Assembly: GCA_964016885.1 (NCBI GenBank) | Contig: OZ024749.1 | Span: forward strand, 52,266,001-52,330,000 | DNA: 64,000 nt | DNA from: Eledone cirrhosa | Taxonomy: Eukaryota | Direction of reading: 5' to 3' | In this document: positions 1 through 13,470 of the stretch, in pieces | Layout of the letters: each line of letters starts with the position of its first letter | How positions within the stretch are numbered: the stretch's first letter is position 1 | Notes under the pieces: model-generated | Database searches by the model: none | Told to the model about the DNA's origin: nothing | The model's input: only the letters and a program-made list of their open reading frames with translations | Program-made: the position numbers and the translations under genes

Positions 1-418
1 GACCTAAGTGACAGGGTCTATATTCAGTACACATGGAGCTAGGACTAAGTGACAGGGTCTATATTCAGTACACATGGAGCTAGAACTAAGTGACAGGGTC
101 TATATTCAGTACACATGGAGCTAGGACTAAGTGACAGGGTCTATATTCAGTACACATGGAGCTAGGACTAAGTGACAGGGTCTATATTCAGTACACATGG
201 AGCTAGGACTAAGTGACAGGGTCTATATTCAGTACACATGGAGCCAGACCTAAGTGACAGGGTCTATATTCAGTACACATGGAGCCAGACCTAAGTGACA
301 GGGTCTATATTCAGTACACATGGAGCCAGACCTAAGTGACAGGGTCTATATTCAGTACACATGGAGCCAGACCTAAGTGACAGGGTCTATATTCAGTACA
401 CATGGAGCCAGAACTAAG
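1..418. repeat. 41-bp minisatellite, about 10 copies, runs off the window start
   Basis: ctaagtgacagggtctatattcagtacacatggagc(t/c)ag unit. Confidence 0.95.
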
Positions 419-1584
419 AGAACAAAACTAGAACAAATAATTGTTTCTACTTTTGGCACAAGGCCAGTAATTACCCAGTACATTACTGGTACTTTATTTT
501 ATCGACCCTGTAAGGATGAAAGGCAAAGTTAACCTCGGCGGGATCAAATAATGACATTTAATCCACCACATTACTGAATCTCCTGATGTGTCACTTAGTT
601 ACAAGGTTGTCTTTAATACTATTGAAATATATAACAGCAAGGATTTTAAAGCCATTTTCTCTGTTAAAGTAAGGGTTATCTTTATGGCCCTATAAAAGGT
701 TTCATATTCATCAGGGGAGCCTTTTTAAAGTAATGTTTTACAGTCAGATGTCCTCCCTGGTGTCAACCCTTTTAGTTAGTTCTCATGGGGACATACAGTT
801 TAACCAAAACATATAATCCCAAATTATATTATGTGGTAAATTGGCAGAGTTGTTAGAGCATCAAACAAAATGCCTTGTGATATTTGTTCCAAATCTCTGC
901 ACTCTGGGTTCAAATTTTACCTGTATACCTTTCAGTGTTGATAAAATAAAGTTTAGTCCAGTATTTTTATTTTAAAAGCTGAATTATCCTGCAGTCATGT
1001 TACAACTGATAGTTTCTCCATAATTGATTCTTCAGGCAGTAGATTCAATTTACCTTTATATTTTCATTTCCAAGATAATGAAGGAAAAGATTTTTTCAAA
1101 TAATTCTCGCATTGTCCTCAATGAAGTTCTGTTTTCTGTATATGTTGTTTTGTCTATGTTTATGCTTCATTAATTTGATTAAATTTTATTAGGAGACAAT
1201 AATTAATTAGATTATATTTTATTGTCGCGTGATTAATGATAGAGTTGTAGCAAGAACAATAGCATAATTATGTTAAATTTTCAGAAGCTTTATCAAGATA
1301 TCCTTAAGAGGAGTAAATATTATGGCCATTGTTTAAAACAGTGTTAGATTTAACGAGAGTATCAATCTAATTAGCTAATTTGGATTTTTCTGTTTTCTTC
1401 TAATCTTATTTTGGGAGACATAATTATTCAAGCAATTGAGATGTCATAAATTTATCTAATTTAAAACAGATTTAGTTGGTTTCTTCAGAAATAAGATATC
1501 ATAGCTATCAGCACAGATGTTTTCCAGGATAAACTCCCACATGTTTTAAGAACAAACTGTCACTTTAGCTTTTATTTCAGTACA

Positions 1585-2262
1585 TTGTATCCCTGTGTAT
1601 ATCTGGTTTACAATAGGTACACCATATCCCTGTGTATATCTAGTTTACAATAGGTACACCATATCCCTGTGTATATCTGGTTTACAATAGGTACACCATA
1701 TCCCTGTGTATATCTAGTTTACAATAGGTACACCATATCCCTGTGTGAATTTGGTTTACAACAGGTACACCGTATCCCTATGTATATCTAGTTTACAACA
1801 TGTACACCATAGCCATGTGTATATCTGGTTTACAATAGGTACACCATATCCCTATGTATATCTAGTTTACAACATGTACACCATATCCCTGTGTATATCT
1901 GGTTTACAATAGGTACACCATATCGCTGTGTATATCTGGTTTACAATAGGTACACCATATCCCTGTGTATATCTGGTTTACAATAGGTACACCATACCGC
2001 TGTGTATATCTGGTTTACAATAGGTACACCATATCCCTGTGTATATCTGGTTTACAATAGGTACACCATATCGCTGTGTATATCTGGTTTACAATAGGTA
2101 CACCATATCGCTGTGTATATCTGGTTTACAATAGGTACACCATATCCCTGTGTATATCTGGTTTACAATAGGTACACCATATCCCTATGTATATCTGGTT
2201 TACAATAGATACATTGTATCCTTATGTACATCTGGTTTACAACAAGTACACCATATCCCTGC
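1585..2262. repeat. 37-bp minisatellite
   Basis: ccatatccctgtgtatatctggtttacaataggtaca. Confidence 0.95.
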
Positions 2263-3087
2263 ATGTTGTAAGAGGTATCAATAGAGATTGGGGCCAGAAA
2301 GGGCATTTGGCTGTAAAACATCACCTAAAAATGGCCCCTATGTTATAGAGCCTGCAAAGCTAACACCTACTTGTGTTAGCTTACATTCATCAACCCTTTT
2401 GATAGCAACCTGCCTGAAAGCAGCCTTGGTTCTACAATACAAAACTGTTGTGTTTCTATCCAAGACACAGTCTGTCATAATATAAGTTAATAGAGTAAAA
2501 ATACAAACTAAATTGGGTCAGATGATCTTTACAATTAACAAGCATGTTAATGATTTATTGTATAATTGACAGCTAATTACCACTAATTGAACATCAAATT
2601 TACATATGGATTTAATTGATTTGATTTTAAAATCAAATATATTATCGCTGGACATTATAATCTCTTATTTGTTTCAGTCATTAGACTGCAGCCATGCTGG
2701 GGCACATCCTTTATTTAGTAGATTATATCAACTTTAGTACATATATTTTTACAAGTCTGATAGTTATTTTATCTATTTCTGTTTTGTAAAACCACTGTAT
2801 TGCTGGACATAAACAAATAGGAGACATATATGTGTGTGTGTGTCTATATATTCATTTTATTCATTTTACGTTCAGATTTCCCTGCTTGCAAGGGTGGGAC
2901 GGGAACTGATTCTGGCTTGATTTCTACAGCTGGATGCCCTTCCTAACACCAACCTCATTTACAGTGAGTGATATCCATATATATATATATATTTATATAT
3001 ATAAAAGGTAAACAGAAATAACAACACAATTGGTACAGTATATGGAAGGGATATATTAGGTTAATGCTTGATATAGCAGGAAGAGAG

Positions 3088-3123
3088 TCTTGACGTTTCA
3101 GATGCTAGTCCTTCATCAGAAAA
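3088..3123 (-). ncRNA. Minimal hammerhead ribozyme motif (Penelope-type)
   Basis: - strand: tttt-CTGATGA-aggactagcatct-GAAA-cg-TC-aaga; palindromic ACGT stem III, weak stem II. Confidence 0.65.
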
Positions 3124-3391
3124 AAGAATGAGAAATAAGATAGATTGAGGGGACGGGTGTGGTGGAATTGGAAAAAATTGTCTTTAGATAAAATAACAGG
3201 TCCATTCATGTTGACATCTCTTGCAAAATATATTAATTCAAGTATGTGTTGGTTAATCACCGTCAATTTAGTACGCAAGGTAAGAACACTCGACAAAGTG
3301 TGCAGGTGGGTCTGTTTACACCGGAGTATATTTATAAACAAGAAGTATAAGTCAACAGGTTAAAATTAACTTTGTTTATTCATAGTTGCTG

Positions 3392-3446
3392 TTATATATA
3401 TTTCGGTGATAACTGTTATGCAACAGCTATGACCTCATCAGATATA
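3392..3446 (-). ncRNA. Hammerhead-like motif with a long stem II
   Basis: - strand: CTGATGA-ggtc-atagctgtt(gcat)aacagttat-cacc-GAAA-tata; stem I is uncertain. Confidence 0.5.
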
Positions 3447-4254
3447 TATGAATGTATATATATATATCTATATATATACATATATATTTGTAAAACAGGC
3501 TTTCCCACAGTTTCCATCTACCAAATGTTTCTATCACTCACAAAGCATTAGTCAATCTGAGGTTATAGTAGAAGACACTTATCCAAGGTGTCATACTGTG
3601 GGACCAAACCTGAAACCATGTGGTCTCCTCCAAATAAACTCTTTAACTAAACAGCTGTATCTTATATTTATTAAAAATATTGTATATTTCTCCATGGCTA
3701 AAGTTTAAATTAATATCAAGAGACTTAGAGTTATTGCATTCTTTTGGTTTCCAACAACTGACTTATCTGAAAATAAATACCTTTTAGATTTAGATATTTG
3801 AAATTGACAAGAATATCTTAATTCCATGATATTATCAGAATATCAAGACATATGTGTATAGTGGAGAAGACATAGTACTTCTCTCTCTATGCGTATATCA
3901 TCATCATCATCATCAACGTTTAACGTCCGTGTTCCACGCTTGCATGGGTTTGGACGGGGGTAGTCCCACTTGAGGCAAGAGTGATTGTCTTGCTCGCATA
4001 GGACTGTCTGGCAGGTTTTCTACAGTTGGATGCCCTTCCTAACACCAACCACATTTACAGTGTGGGGCTGGGAGGTTTTTACCGTGTTGCCTACACGGCC
4101 ACATTACAGCGTGGACTGTGTGTTTTTTTGTTGTGACACCTACACGATCTCATTTGTTTCGGCCTGGATGGCGCGGCACCAACATAACTTTACATGGAAC
4201 GGGGTATATATATTATATATTATATATATGTGTGTGTGTGTGTATATAAGTGTG

Positions 4255-4329
<75 letters not shown>

Positions 4330-5279
4330 TGTGTGTGTGTGTATGGTAAGGTTTCGTTTAGGGAAGGATTAATTGTTCTGATACAGCAAACTACAAAATA
4401 TATGGATTCATTTAGTTGGAATAAATAGACTATTATGGAAACTGTTAGATCATCATCATCATCATCAAATACTTATGTCGAGATGAACAAACATATAGTA
4501 TATATATACACATATATGTACGTATCTATGAGGGTGTGTGTGTATATATATATATTTATATATATATATATTCCGACCTCACACACTTACACCTCTCCAA
4601 GACAATGTCACTGGACCGAGATCTTTGGCGCTACACAGTAATATAGAAGATCCGCCTTACCTAAGTACAAAGTGAAACCTACTACACTCAGTAGGCACCT
4701 CTAACAAAAATACACCCCCAGTCCACACTGTAAACGTGGTTGGTATTAGGAAGGGCATCCAGCCATAGAAAACCCGCCATACAGTCCTATACGAGCAAGA
4801 CAACCACTCATGCCTCAAGTGGGAAAACTCCCGTCCAAACCCATGCAAGCGTAAACGATGATGATGATGATGTTAATGATATATTGCTCGAATCAGTCTA
4901 CTAATCTTCAGTAAACACCCTAAACCAACCAAACTCCAACCTGATCTCATGACTCCAGCTAGATCAAACTTTACTCACCCTCAAAATTTGGCAAATCAAA
5001 CCAAACTCGGCTTACGTAATATATACACACACACCAAACAATGTCTTGCAGATTTCTTTAAAGAGCTTCACAGGGTTTTCTGCCTATATATATATATATA
5101 TATATATATAATCATCAATATCATCATTTTCTACCTATTTTCTATGCTTGCATGGGTTAGACGGAGTGTCATGTTATGAGGCTAGACAGGTTGGATGACA
5201 AGATTTTGCTCATAAAATCATATGGATCTATTTGGGTCTGGTTTCTATGGCTGGATGCCCTTCCTAATGCCAACCACAT

Positions 5280-5770
5280 CTAAGGTGGTGTTGGTCAGCT
5301 TGAAACTATAGTAGACACTTGTCTAAGGTGGTGTTGTTCAACCTGAAGTTATAGTAGGGACACTTGTCTAAGGTATCATTGGTCAACCTGAAGTTACTGT
5401 AGAGACACTAGTCAAAGGTGGTGTTGGTCAGTCTGAGGCTAGAGATACTTGCCCCAGGTGACATTGGTCAACTTCAAATTACAGTCGAGACACTTGCCCC
5501 AGGTATCATTGGTCAACTTCAAATTACAGTCGAGACACTTGCCCCAGGTATTATTGGTCAACCTCAAATTACAGTCGAGACACTTGCCCAAGGTAACATT
5601 AGTCAACCTCACATTACAGTTAAGACACTTGCCCAAGGTGACATTGGTCAACCTCAAATTACATTCGAGACACTTGCTCAAGGTGGTGTTGGTTATTCTG
5701 AGGCTAGAGATACTTGCCGAAGGTGACATTGGTCAACCTGAAGATATAGTAGAGACACTTGTCTAAGGTA
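5280..5770. repeat. 45-bp minisatellite
   Basis: ttggtcaacctcaaattacagtcgagacacttgcccaaggt unit. Confidence 0.9.
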
Positions 5771-6127
5771 CCAAACAGTGTAACTGAATCCCAAATGAGA
5801 AACCACAGATTTGATAAGTAAACTTGTTTAAATATCTTTGATTTAATTTTAATAGTCTAAACAAACAACTGTTTTCATAATTAAAAAATAAATGAATTAT
5901 TTAAATAAATAAATAAATATAAAATTATTGAGAAATGTTTTTATTTTTGTTTTTGTTTTAATAAAAAAAATAACAAACATAAAAATATTGATTATGTTCA
6001 TGTTTAAAACTGTTAATTAGCATAATGTCCTCATTCACTTTTAACATTTCAAATAATTAAAATGGTTGTCTCCATTTATAAATAATAATAATAATAATGA
6101 TAATAATAATAATAATGCTAACCAGTG

Positions 6128-6263
<136 letters not shown>

Positions 6264-6358
6264 TTGAATTTGAAACAAACATTTTCTGTGAAGCTATAGC
6301 TGTCTTCTGCCAATTCACTACACTTTATATATATTTTAACCTTGGCTATTTATTTATT

Positions 6359-6407
<49 letters not shown>

Positions 6408-6425
6408 TTGGCTATTTATTTATTC

Positions 6426-6463
<38 letters not shown>

Positions 6464-6804
6464 TTGGCTATTTATTTATTCATTATATATATATATATAT
6501 ATTGTAAATTTGTCGTTTCATTAAGATCATGTAAGATTTTGCAACGAAAAATAAAAAAAAAACTTTGTAAGGCAACAGAAGTTAATGAAACGTTAAAAAA
6601 AAGGTTAACTTGAAATGTGAAAAAATATGAAAGCTATTCGAATAAAACAAGATTTTGAAGAGATGGCAGCATATGATAGTCCATCATTTCTCAATCAATT
6701 CTGATATAATTTCACGGTGGTGGTGGTGGTGGTGGTGGTGGTGGTGGTGGTGGTGATTCAAGTGAAAACTGCTTCAAGCTGTCTTCTTTTTCTTTTTCTT
6801 TTTC

Positions 6805-6835
<31 letters not shown>

Positions 6836-7609
6836 TTTCTTCTTCTTTGCTTCTTCTTTGCTTCTTCTTCTTCTTCTTCTTCTTCTTCTTCTTCTGCTTT
6901 TTTGCTTCTTCTTCTGTTGTTGTTGTTGTTGTTGTTATATCTGTTCTTATTTCTGCAGTCATTGATGTTAAAAATCCTGTTGATTAATTTTCTCTCATTC
7001 TTAAAGAAACGCTAGCTATGAAATGATTTTGTTGTTAAAAGACTATCATGTTCTGCTGTTAGTGCGTGTCAAATCATTCGTTTTAAACCCAATGAAACAA
7101 TTTGATAAATTCCAGTTTATTTTTGATTCAGTTTTCTTCTCTGAAATATTTCTACCACCACAAATTATTCAAAAGATTTGCAAGTTAGCTCAATTTTCTT
7201 GTTATTTATTTGTTCAGTCAAAATTTGTTAATTTCATTATTAATCTTTTTTATCTTTTTATGTAAGTCATTGAGTTTGTTGGCCTATTATTCTCTTGTAT
7301 TCTAGATCAAAGGAAAGTGGTAATGATGATGCCATGATACACCCAGTACATTGTGTAAAGTGGTACTACTGGTGTCATCATAAAATACACCCAGTACACT
7401 CTGTAAAGTAGTAGTGATGATGCCATGATAAAATACACCCTGTATACTCTGTAAAGTGATAGGGATGATGCTATGATAAAATACACCAAGTACACTCTGT
7501 ACAGTGGTAGTGTTGGTACCATGGTAAAATGCACCTAGTGTGCTCTGTACAGTGGTAGTGTTGGTACCACGGTAAAATGCACTTAGTGTGCTCTGTAAGG
7601 GGGTAGTGC

Positions 7610-7810
7610 TTATGTCTCTTTCCTGAGACATTCTAACCCCATGATCATAGTATCGGAGCTGTGATCTCCCAATTTGGAGAAGTAACAGCTCTACCTGGAG
7701 TGACTCTCTGATCTCTGAGCCACGCACTCTATTGAGTAACGTTACCCCAAAGGCCCTTCAGAGGAACCCAAATTCAGCCACTTGTATTTGTCATCATATT
7801 CTTTTGGTTA
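7610..7810 (-). mobile_element. Degenerate RTE-like LINE fragment
   Basis: IRESLQVELLLLQIGRSQLRYYDHGVRM resembles the RTE 'IR..L....L...I...QLRW.GHV.RM' motif. Confidence 0.65.
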
Positions 7811-8172
7811 CATGACCTAATGGTGATGATAGAGAAAATGATTTACATTTTTTTTAGATTTAATTTTTTAATTGAAATTTGTCCTCCTAGTTATTTATAT
7901 AAACTGTTCAATTATCAGAGTCTTTTGTGAGGTTAAGTAAAACTATTGATTTCTATATAAAGAGACAATTCTGTCCAACTGAAGTGTTTCAGTATAAAGA
8001 CTTTAATAGCTATTGATATATTTACTGGTATAGACACATAGCTTTTCTCCATTTCTCATCTCTCATCTCTCACTAACAAATGAGAAATTGACTTAATTAT
8101 TTTCAGTATATTATCTTATATATGGCACCACTTTGACCATTTTCTCATGAAGACACTGATTCTATAGGTACC

Positions 8173-8203
<31 letters not shown>

Positions 8204-8809
8204 GGTGGCTGCCAACTCGTTTTCGAGTACGGCCACTCCTTTATATCCATGTAGGAGAACTCCTACCGATGCGCTGAACGAATGTGACTTTTTAGTGCAG
8301 CCAGCGACTTTAAAACTCTGGTACAAACACTACACTTGTGACAATTATTGACACATAGTGCTGGGCCCATGGTACCATGTGATGACAAGTGCAGAGAGAT
8401 CTCCAGATATAAAGCAATGCCTGTGCCGTGAAGCTTTTATAGTGAGCAAAGGCACTGCACAAAGCCAGTCCCACTCTCTTAACCAAGATGATATTTACCA
8501 AAAAGAACAAGTCAACATCATTGGATACCATCAGGGTTGCAGGTGTTATATCAGAGTTTTCCTTCTCCTAGAATTCTGCCTTGACAAAGGCTAAGGGGTC
8601 ATCTCTCCCGGTGATTTTGGATGGCCATTGACTCTTAAGAGCTCCTTTGCCCTTTGACAGGTTTTGTTTTTAGTCCTGCAGGATGTCCAAAGTCACCCTC
8701 TTCACCAAGAAACCTTGGTGGGGTTGCCAGTTTAGTCGCCAACGACCCAACCATGAGACAGGTTGTACTGGGATACATGTTACCAGTAGCACCAACTGGT
8801 GACCTGACA

Positions 8810-8848
<39 letters not shown>

Positions 8849-9177
8849 GTATAGGATTACCCAAGATGTAGTAATGGTTAATTACTACACTGGATATGGT
8901 TGACGTACGGTGAGAGGTTACTCTACGAGTATTATTCATTCTTTATATATATATATATATATATATATACATACACACACACATACAAACAGAGAAAGAG
9001 AGGGAGAGAGAAAGATCAGGATTATATAAGTTTTAAACTAGTAAAACCATTATGCAGTAGAGTACTTGATACTTGGGATAGTAAAGTGTAAATATATTAC
9101 AGAGTCGGGGCTCAATGGTTGAGCTCTTGCTGCTTTGACAGCAAATTCCAGACTCTCTACTATATATATATATATAT

Positions 9178-9656
9178 AAAGGGTTTCTCCCTGCGTACGA
9201 AAGGCCAGTTGTATGATGCCTGTGTGAGGAGCGCGATGCTGCATGGTAGTGAGACATGGGCAGCAACCGCAGAAGATATGCGACGGCTGGAGAGAAATGA
9301 GGCAAGCATGCTCCGTTGGATGTGCAGTGTCAATGTGCGTGAACGACCCAGCATAAATGTGTTGAGAGAGAAACTGTGTCTGAGAGGGATAGAATGTAGT
9401 GTACGGGAGAGGAGACTGAGGTGGTATGGACATGTGATGCGCAGAAGTGCCAGGAAATGCCAGTTGAAGGAAGACGTGGTAGAGGTAGACCACGAAAAAC
9501 ATGGGCGGAGGTGGTGAGAACAGACCTCAGATCATTGAAGCTCACGGTGGAGATGACGAGGGACCGTGACGAGTGGAGAGATGCTGTGCTGAATAAGACC
9601 CGTCCCACCCTTGCAAGCAGGGAAAAGCGGATGTAAAATGATGATGATGATGATGA
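9178..9656 (+). mobile_element. RTE-clade LINE 3' fragment (frameshifted) with (GAT)n tail
   Basis: LYDACVRSAMLHGSETW...RRLRWYGHVMR then VEGRRGRGRPRKTW..V..DL in another frame; typical RTE ORF C-terminus. Confidence 0.88.
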
Positions 9657-9659
9657 AGG

Positions 9660-9847
9660 AAGGAAGTGTAGTAAGGAACCAGGTGGACCATAATGCACCA
9701 GAGTACTCGATACTATGCGTAGTAGAGTGGGTAATGGGAAAAGTGTCAGGACCCCGACGGCTGAGCTCCGGCCGTTTCGACAGCTTGATCTGAAACTAGC
9801 TGTCGAAACGGCTGGAGGTCAGCCATCGGGGTCCTGACCCTTTTCCT
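9660..9847. mobile_element. Dispersed repeat carrying a hammerhead 3' half (GAAA-cggc..gccg-TC), probably a Penelope-like terminus; further copies at about 36950-37025, 40262-40380, 50535-50660 and 56850-56972
   Basis: Shared 'ggaccataa.gcaccagagtactc.atact' and/or 'gaccccgacggctgagctc..gccgtttcga'; several copies end in an inverted duplication; next to (TA)n. Confidence 0.6.
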
Positions 9848-9952
9848 ATATATATATATATATGATTTGAAAATCATAGACTGTCTTTCATTAGAAATTT
9901 GGTAATGAAAGGGTTAAAGACATAGACAGTGTCTTTCCTCCTCTCTTTCTCC

Positions 9953-9998
<46 letters not shown>

Positions 9999-10097
9999 AT
10001 AAGAAATGAAACATTTAGATAATTATACAATATGTGCCAAAGATAGAGAAAGTAAAGCGAAAACTTTGTTTGAAGTAAATATTTTTTCAATTTGTAG

Positions 10098-10158
10098 GGT
10101 GGCCTACATCCAGATGGACCCCTTTGTAATTTCCAAGGATTTTGGCTGACATATTTTG
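10098..10158 (+). CDS. cAMP-receptor-like/GCR1-family 7TM receptor, first exon found in window (GGLHPDGPLCNFQGFWLTYF)
   Basis: tttgtag acceptor, gtaag donor; 61 nt ending in phase 1; 'LCNFQG' start of TM3 is typical of Dicty_CAR/GCR1 receptors; joins in frame to the next exon. Confidence 0.88.
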
Positions 10159-10229
10159 GTAAGATTTATTATTTTTTAATGCACCAATGAAACTTTAGCT
10201 TTGTATAATAAAAAAAATGTATGACTTAT

Positions 10230-10681
<452 letters not shown>

Positions 10682-10874
10682 ATAGTTATAGGCAGCAAGT
10701 TGGTAGAGTTGTTAAGATATCGGATAGAATGCTTTATGGTATTTGTCCCACCTCATTGCACGTGCTGAGTTCAAATCCCACCGTGGTCAACTTTGCCTTT
10801 CATCCTTTCGAGGTCGATAAAAAAAAAAATACCAGTCCAGTACTGAGGTCTATTCTTCCTCTATAGAAAAAAAT

Positions 10875-11029
<155 letters not shown>

Positions 11030-11398
11030 CTAAGTCTGCATGAATTACATCTTGATTGCATGGGAGAACCGTTGAAATAATTCATCATCATCATCATCGT
11101 TTAACGTCCATATTCCACGCTCGCATGGGTTTGGACGGGAGTTTTCCCACTTGAGGCAAGAGTGTTGGTCTTGCTCGCATAGGACTGTCTGGCGGGTTTT
11201 CTATGGCTGGATGCCCTTCCTAACACCAACCACGTTTACAGTGTGGAACTGGGAGGTTTTTACCGTGTTACCTACACGGCCACATTACAGCGTGGAGTGT
11301 GTGTTTTTTTGTCGTGACACCTACACGACCTCATTTGTAATGAATAAATGATTTATGTAACATCAGCATCTTTATTAATGTTATTATATATATATATC

Positions 11399-11429
<31 letters not shown>

Positions 11430-11744
11430 AATCAAATTTTTGTTTAATGCATTCAATTGCTGACGATTGTTTCTTCCAAACAACTGTTTGGAATCATCTG
11501 ATTTCTGACTGCTTCATATATTCATTTTTTTGCACCTTCAATATTTTGACATATTTACCATAATATTATGTATATGTTTGCTACCTTCTTACATCTATAT
11601 TACCTCTATGATTAGTATTAACTGAGCAATTAAGCTTGTTGTTTCTCACTTTCAATAATACCCTCTTTATTGAAGCCCACAATATCTTTCACTGTCATTT
11701 CTGTTTACTCCTCATTTTTAATCTGACATTGACACTGTTAGTAA

Positions 11745-11935
11745 TAATTGTTTCTACTTTTGGCACAAGGCCATCAATTACCCAGTACATTACTGGTACT
11801 TTATTTTATCGACCCCGTAAGGATGAAAGGCAAAGTTAACCTCGGCGGGATTTGAACTCAGAATGGCAAGGGCCGTAACTCTATGAGTCAAAGCATGGCG
11901 TCCGACCCTCTACCGATACTGCCAATCCACTGCCC
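11745..11935 (-). mobile_element. tRNA-derived SINE copy flanked by a probable target-site duplication ctgttagtaataat
   Basis: Reverse complement of the 12320 family; the same 14-mer occurs on both sides. Confidence 0.85.
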
Positions 11936-12012
11936 TGTTAGTAATAATAATAATGTATCTTTATGTATGTTCTATGGACTAGGAATGTAATTGCTTGTTT
12001 AAACATTGCCTA

Positions 12013-12059
12013 TGCTCTGATGATTCCAAACAGTTGTTTGGAAGAAACGATCGTCAGCA
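12013..12059 (+). ncRNA. Minimal type I hammerhead ribozyme motif
   Basis: tgct-CTGATGA-ttccaaac(agtt)gtttggaa-GAAA-cgatcg-TC-agca: stem I tgct/agca, 8-bp stem II, palindromic stem III, GUC site. Confidence 0.85.
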
Positions 12060-12319
12060 ATTAAATGCATTAAACATAAATTTGATTGTTTTGTACTTTG
12101 TATTCCTGCTCTGTAAAACATCTGAAGTTTTACATTGAGCTATTTCTCTTACTGGTAATTGGGTAGTACAACATACTATCCTTTCATATTTATAATTATA
12201 CATATGTAGTTTATATATAAGTATAGATACTATTATTATTATTATTATTAAAATAAAGTACCAGTAATGCACTGGAGTAATTGGTGGCCTTGTGCCAAAA
12301 GTAGAAACAATTATTATTA

Positions 12320-12540
12320 AGGGCGGTGGATTGGCAGTATCGGTAGAGGGTCGGACGCCATGCTTTGCAGCACAGAGTTACGGCCCTTTATGATGTGAGT
12401 TCAAATCCCGCCGAGGTTAACTTTGCCTTTCATCCTTACGGGGTCGATAAAATAACGTACCAGTGATGCACTGGGATCGATTTTTATCGACTTTCCCCTC
12501 CCCCCAAAATTGCTGGCCTTGTGCCTATATAAGAAACCAT

Positions 12541-12545
<5 letters not shown>
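12320..12545 (+). mobile_element. tRNA-derived SINE, near full length; copies at about 436-543(-), 10690-10850(+), 11745-11935(-), 58722-58910(+), 61865-62000(-), 62580-62730(+)
   Basis: A box tggcagtatcgg, B box gagttcaaatc, conserved body 'ctttgcctttcatccttacggggtcgataaaata..gtaccag', AT-rich tail. Confidence 0.88.
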
Positions 12546-12584
<39 letters not shown>

Positions 12585-12910
12585 GATAGATAACGGGACC
12601 AATCCTTGGAGTATATATATTGTAATTGAATGCAAGGAATTGGTGCAATTGTTTAGAATTATTTAAGAATAATATCTAAAGATATTATTCTTACGCAAAG
12701 TACTCAATACAGCTATTTTGTTATATTCTTCTGTGGCCCCAGAGCCCTTGCTTTTTCCCTTCCTTTTCCTTTTTTAAATATTTGTAGTGTTTTTCTAATT
12801 ATTTTAGAGTCCTTCATTCCTGCAGTTACTCAATTATTAAATTGTCTATATTTCTATGTATTTTGATATTTATTAGTCATTAATTTGGTTTTTCTCCTGT
12901 TTTGCTCCAG

Positions 12911-12998
12911 ACTGGACGGTGTTGTTATGGGTGAGCTGTATAACTTTCAATTTATATATGAATGTTGTTCGAGCAACAGAAACTGAAAAGTTTGAATG
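12911..12998 (+). CDS. 7TM receptor exon (DWTVLLWVSCITFNLYMNVVRATETEKFEW), TM3/ICL2
   Basis: ctccag acceptor, gtaagt donor; 88 nt, phase 1->2, compatible with both neighbours. Confidence 0.9.
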
Positions 12999-13229
12999 GT
13001 AAGTACTAGTAGTTCTTTGACAGTCCTGTCTCCCCTTAACTAGTGGAACATCCCTTAACATAATATTGTATATATTTTACCTAGAGCAAAGGTCAGCAAC
13101 AGGTGGATCAGTGGGGAATTGGACCCCTAAACTTTTGATATGTAATATATGATATAATATACATGTGGGACATGGGCAAAACTAAAAGAAGATCAAAAGA
13201 AGTTATTGATCGCTGACCTGGAAGAGGTA

Positions 13230-13470
13230 GATAAATCACATCTCCATTTTATATACAACATTTACAATATACCATATATTTTGAACTGAGATTTTGTAGG
13301 TCCAACAGATAAGTCACATCTCCATTTTATATACAACATTTACAATATACCATATATTTTGAACTGAGATTTTGTCGGTCCAACAGATAAGTCACATCTC
13401 CATTTTATATACAACATTTACAATATACCATATATTTTGAACTGAGATTTTGTAGGTCTAGCAGATAAGT
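13230..13470. repeat. 78-bp tandem repeat, 3 copies
   Basis: gataa.tcacatctccattttatatacaac... starts at 13230, 13308, 13386. Confidence 0.9.

Noticed and set aside
5418-5766. 15-aa repeat ORFs
   Set aside because: 45-bp minisatellite resembling SINE-type sequence also seen at about 3550-3600
7216-7266. Possible upstream receptor exon ending in gtaagt
   Set aside because: No resemblance to the expected TM1/TM2 sequence, and no convincing in-frame join to the exon at 10098
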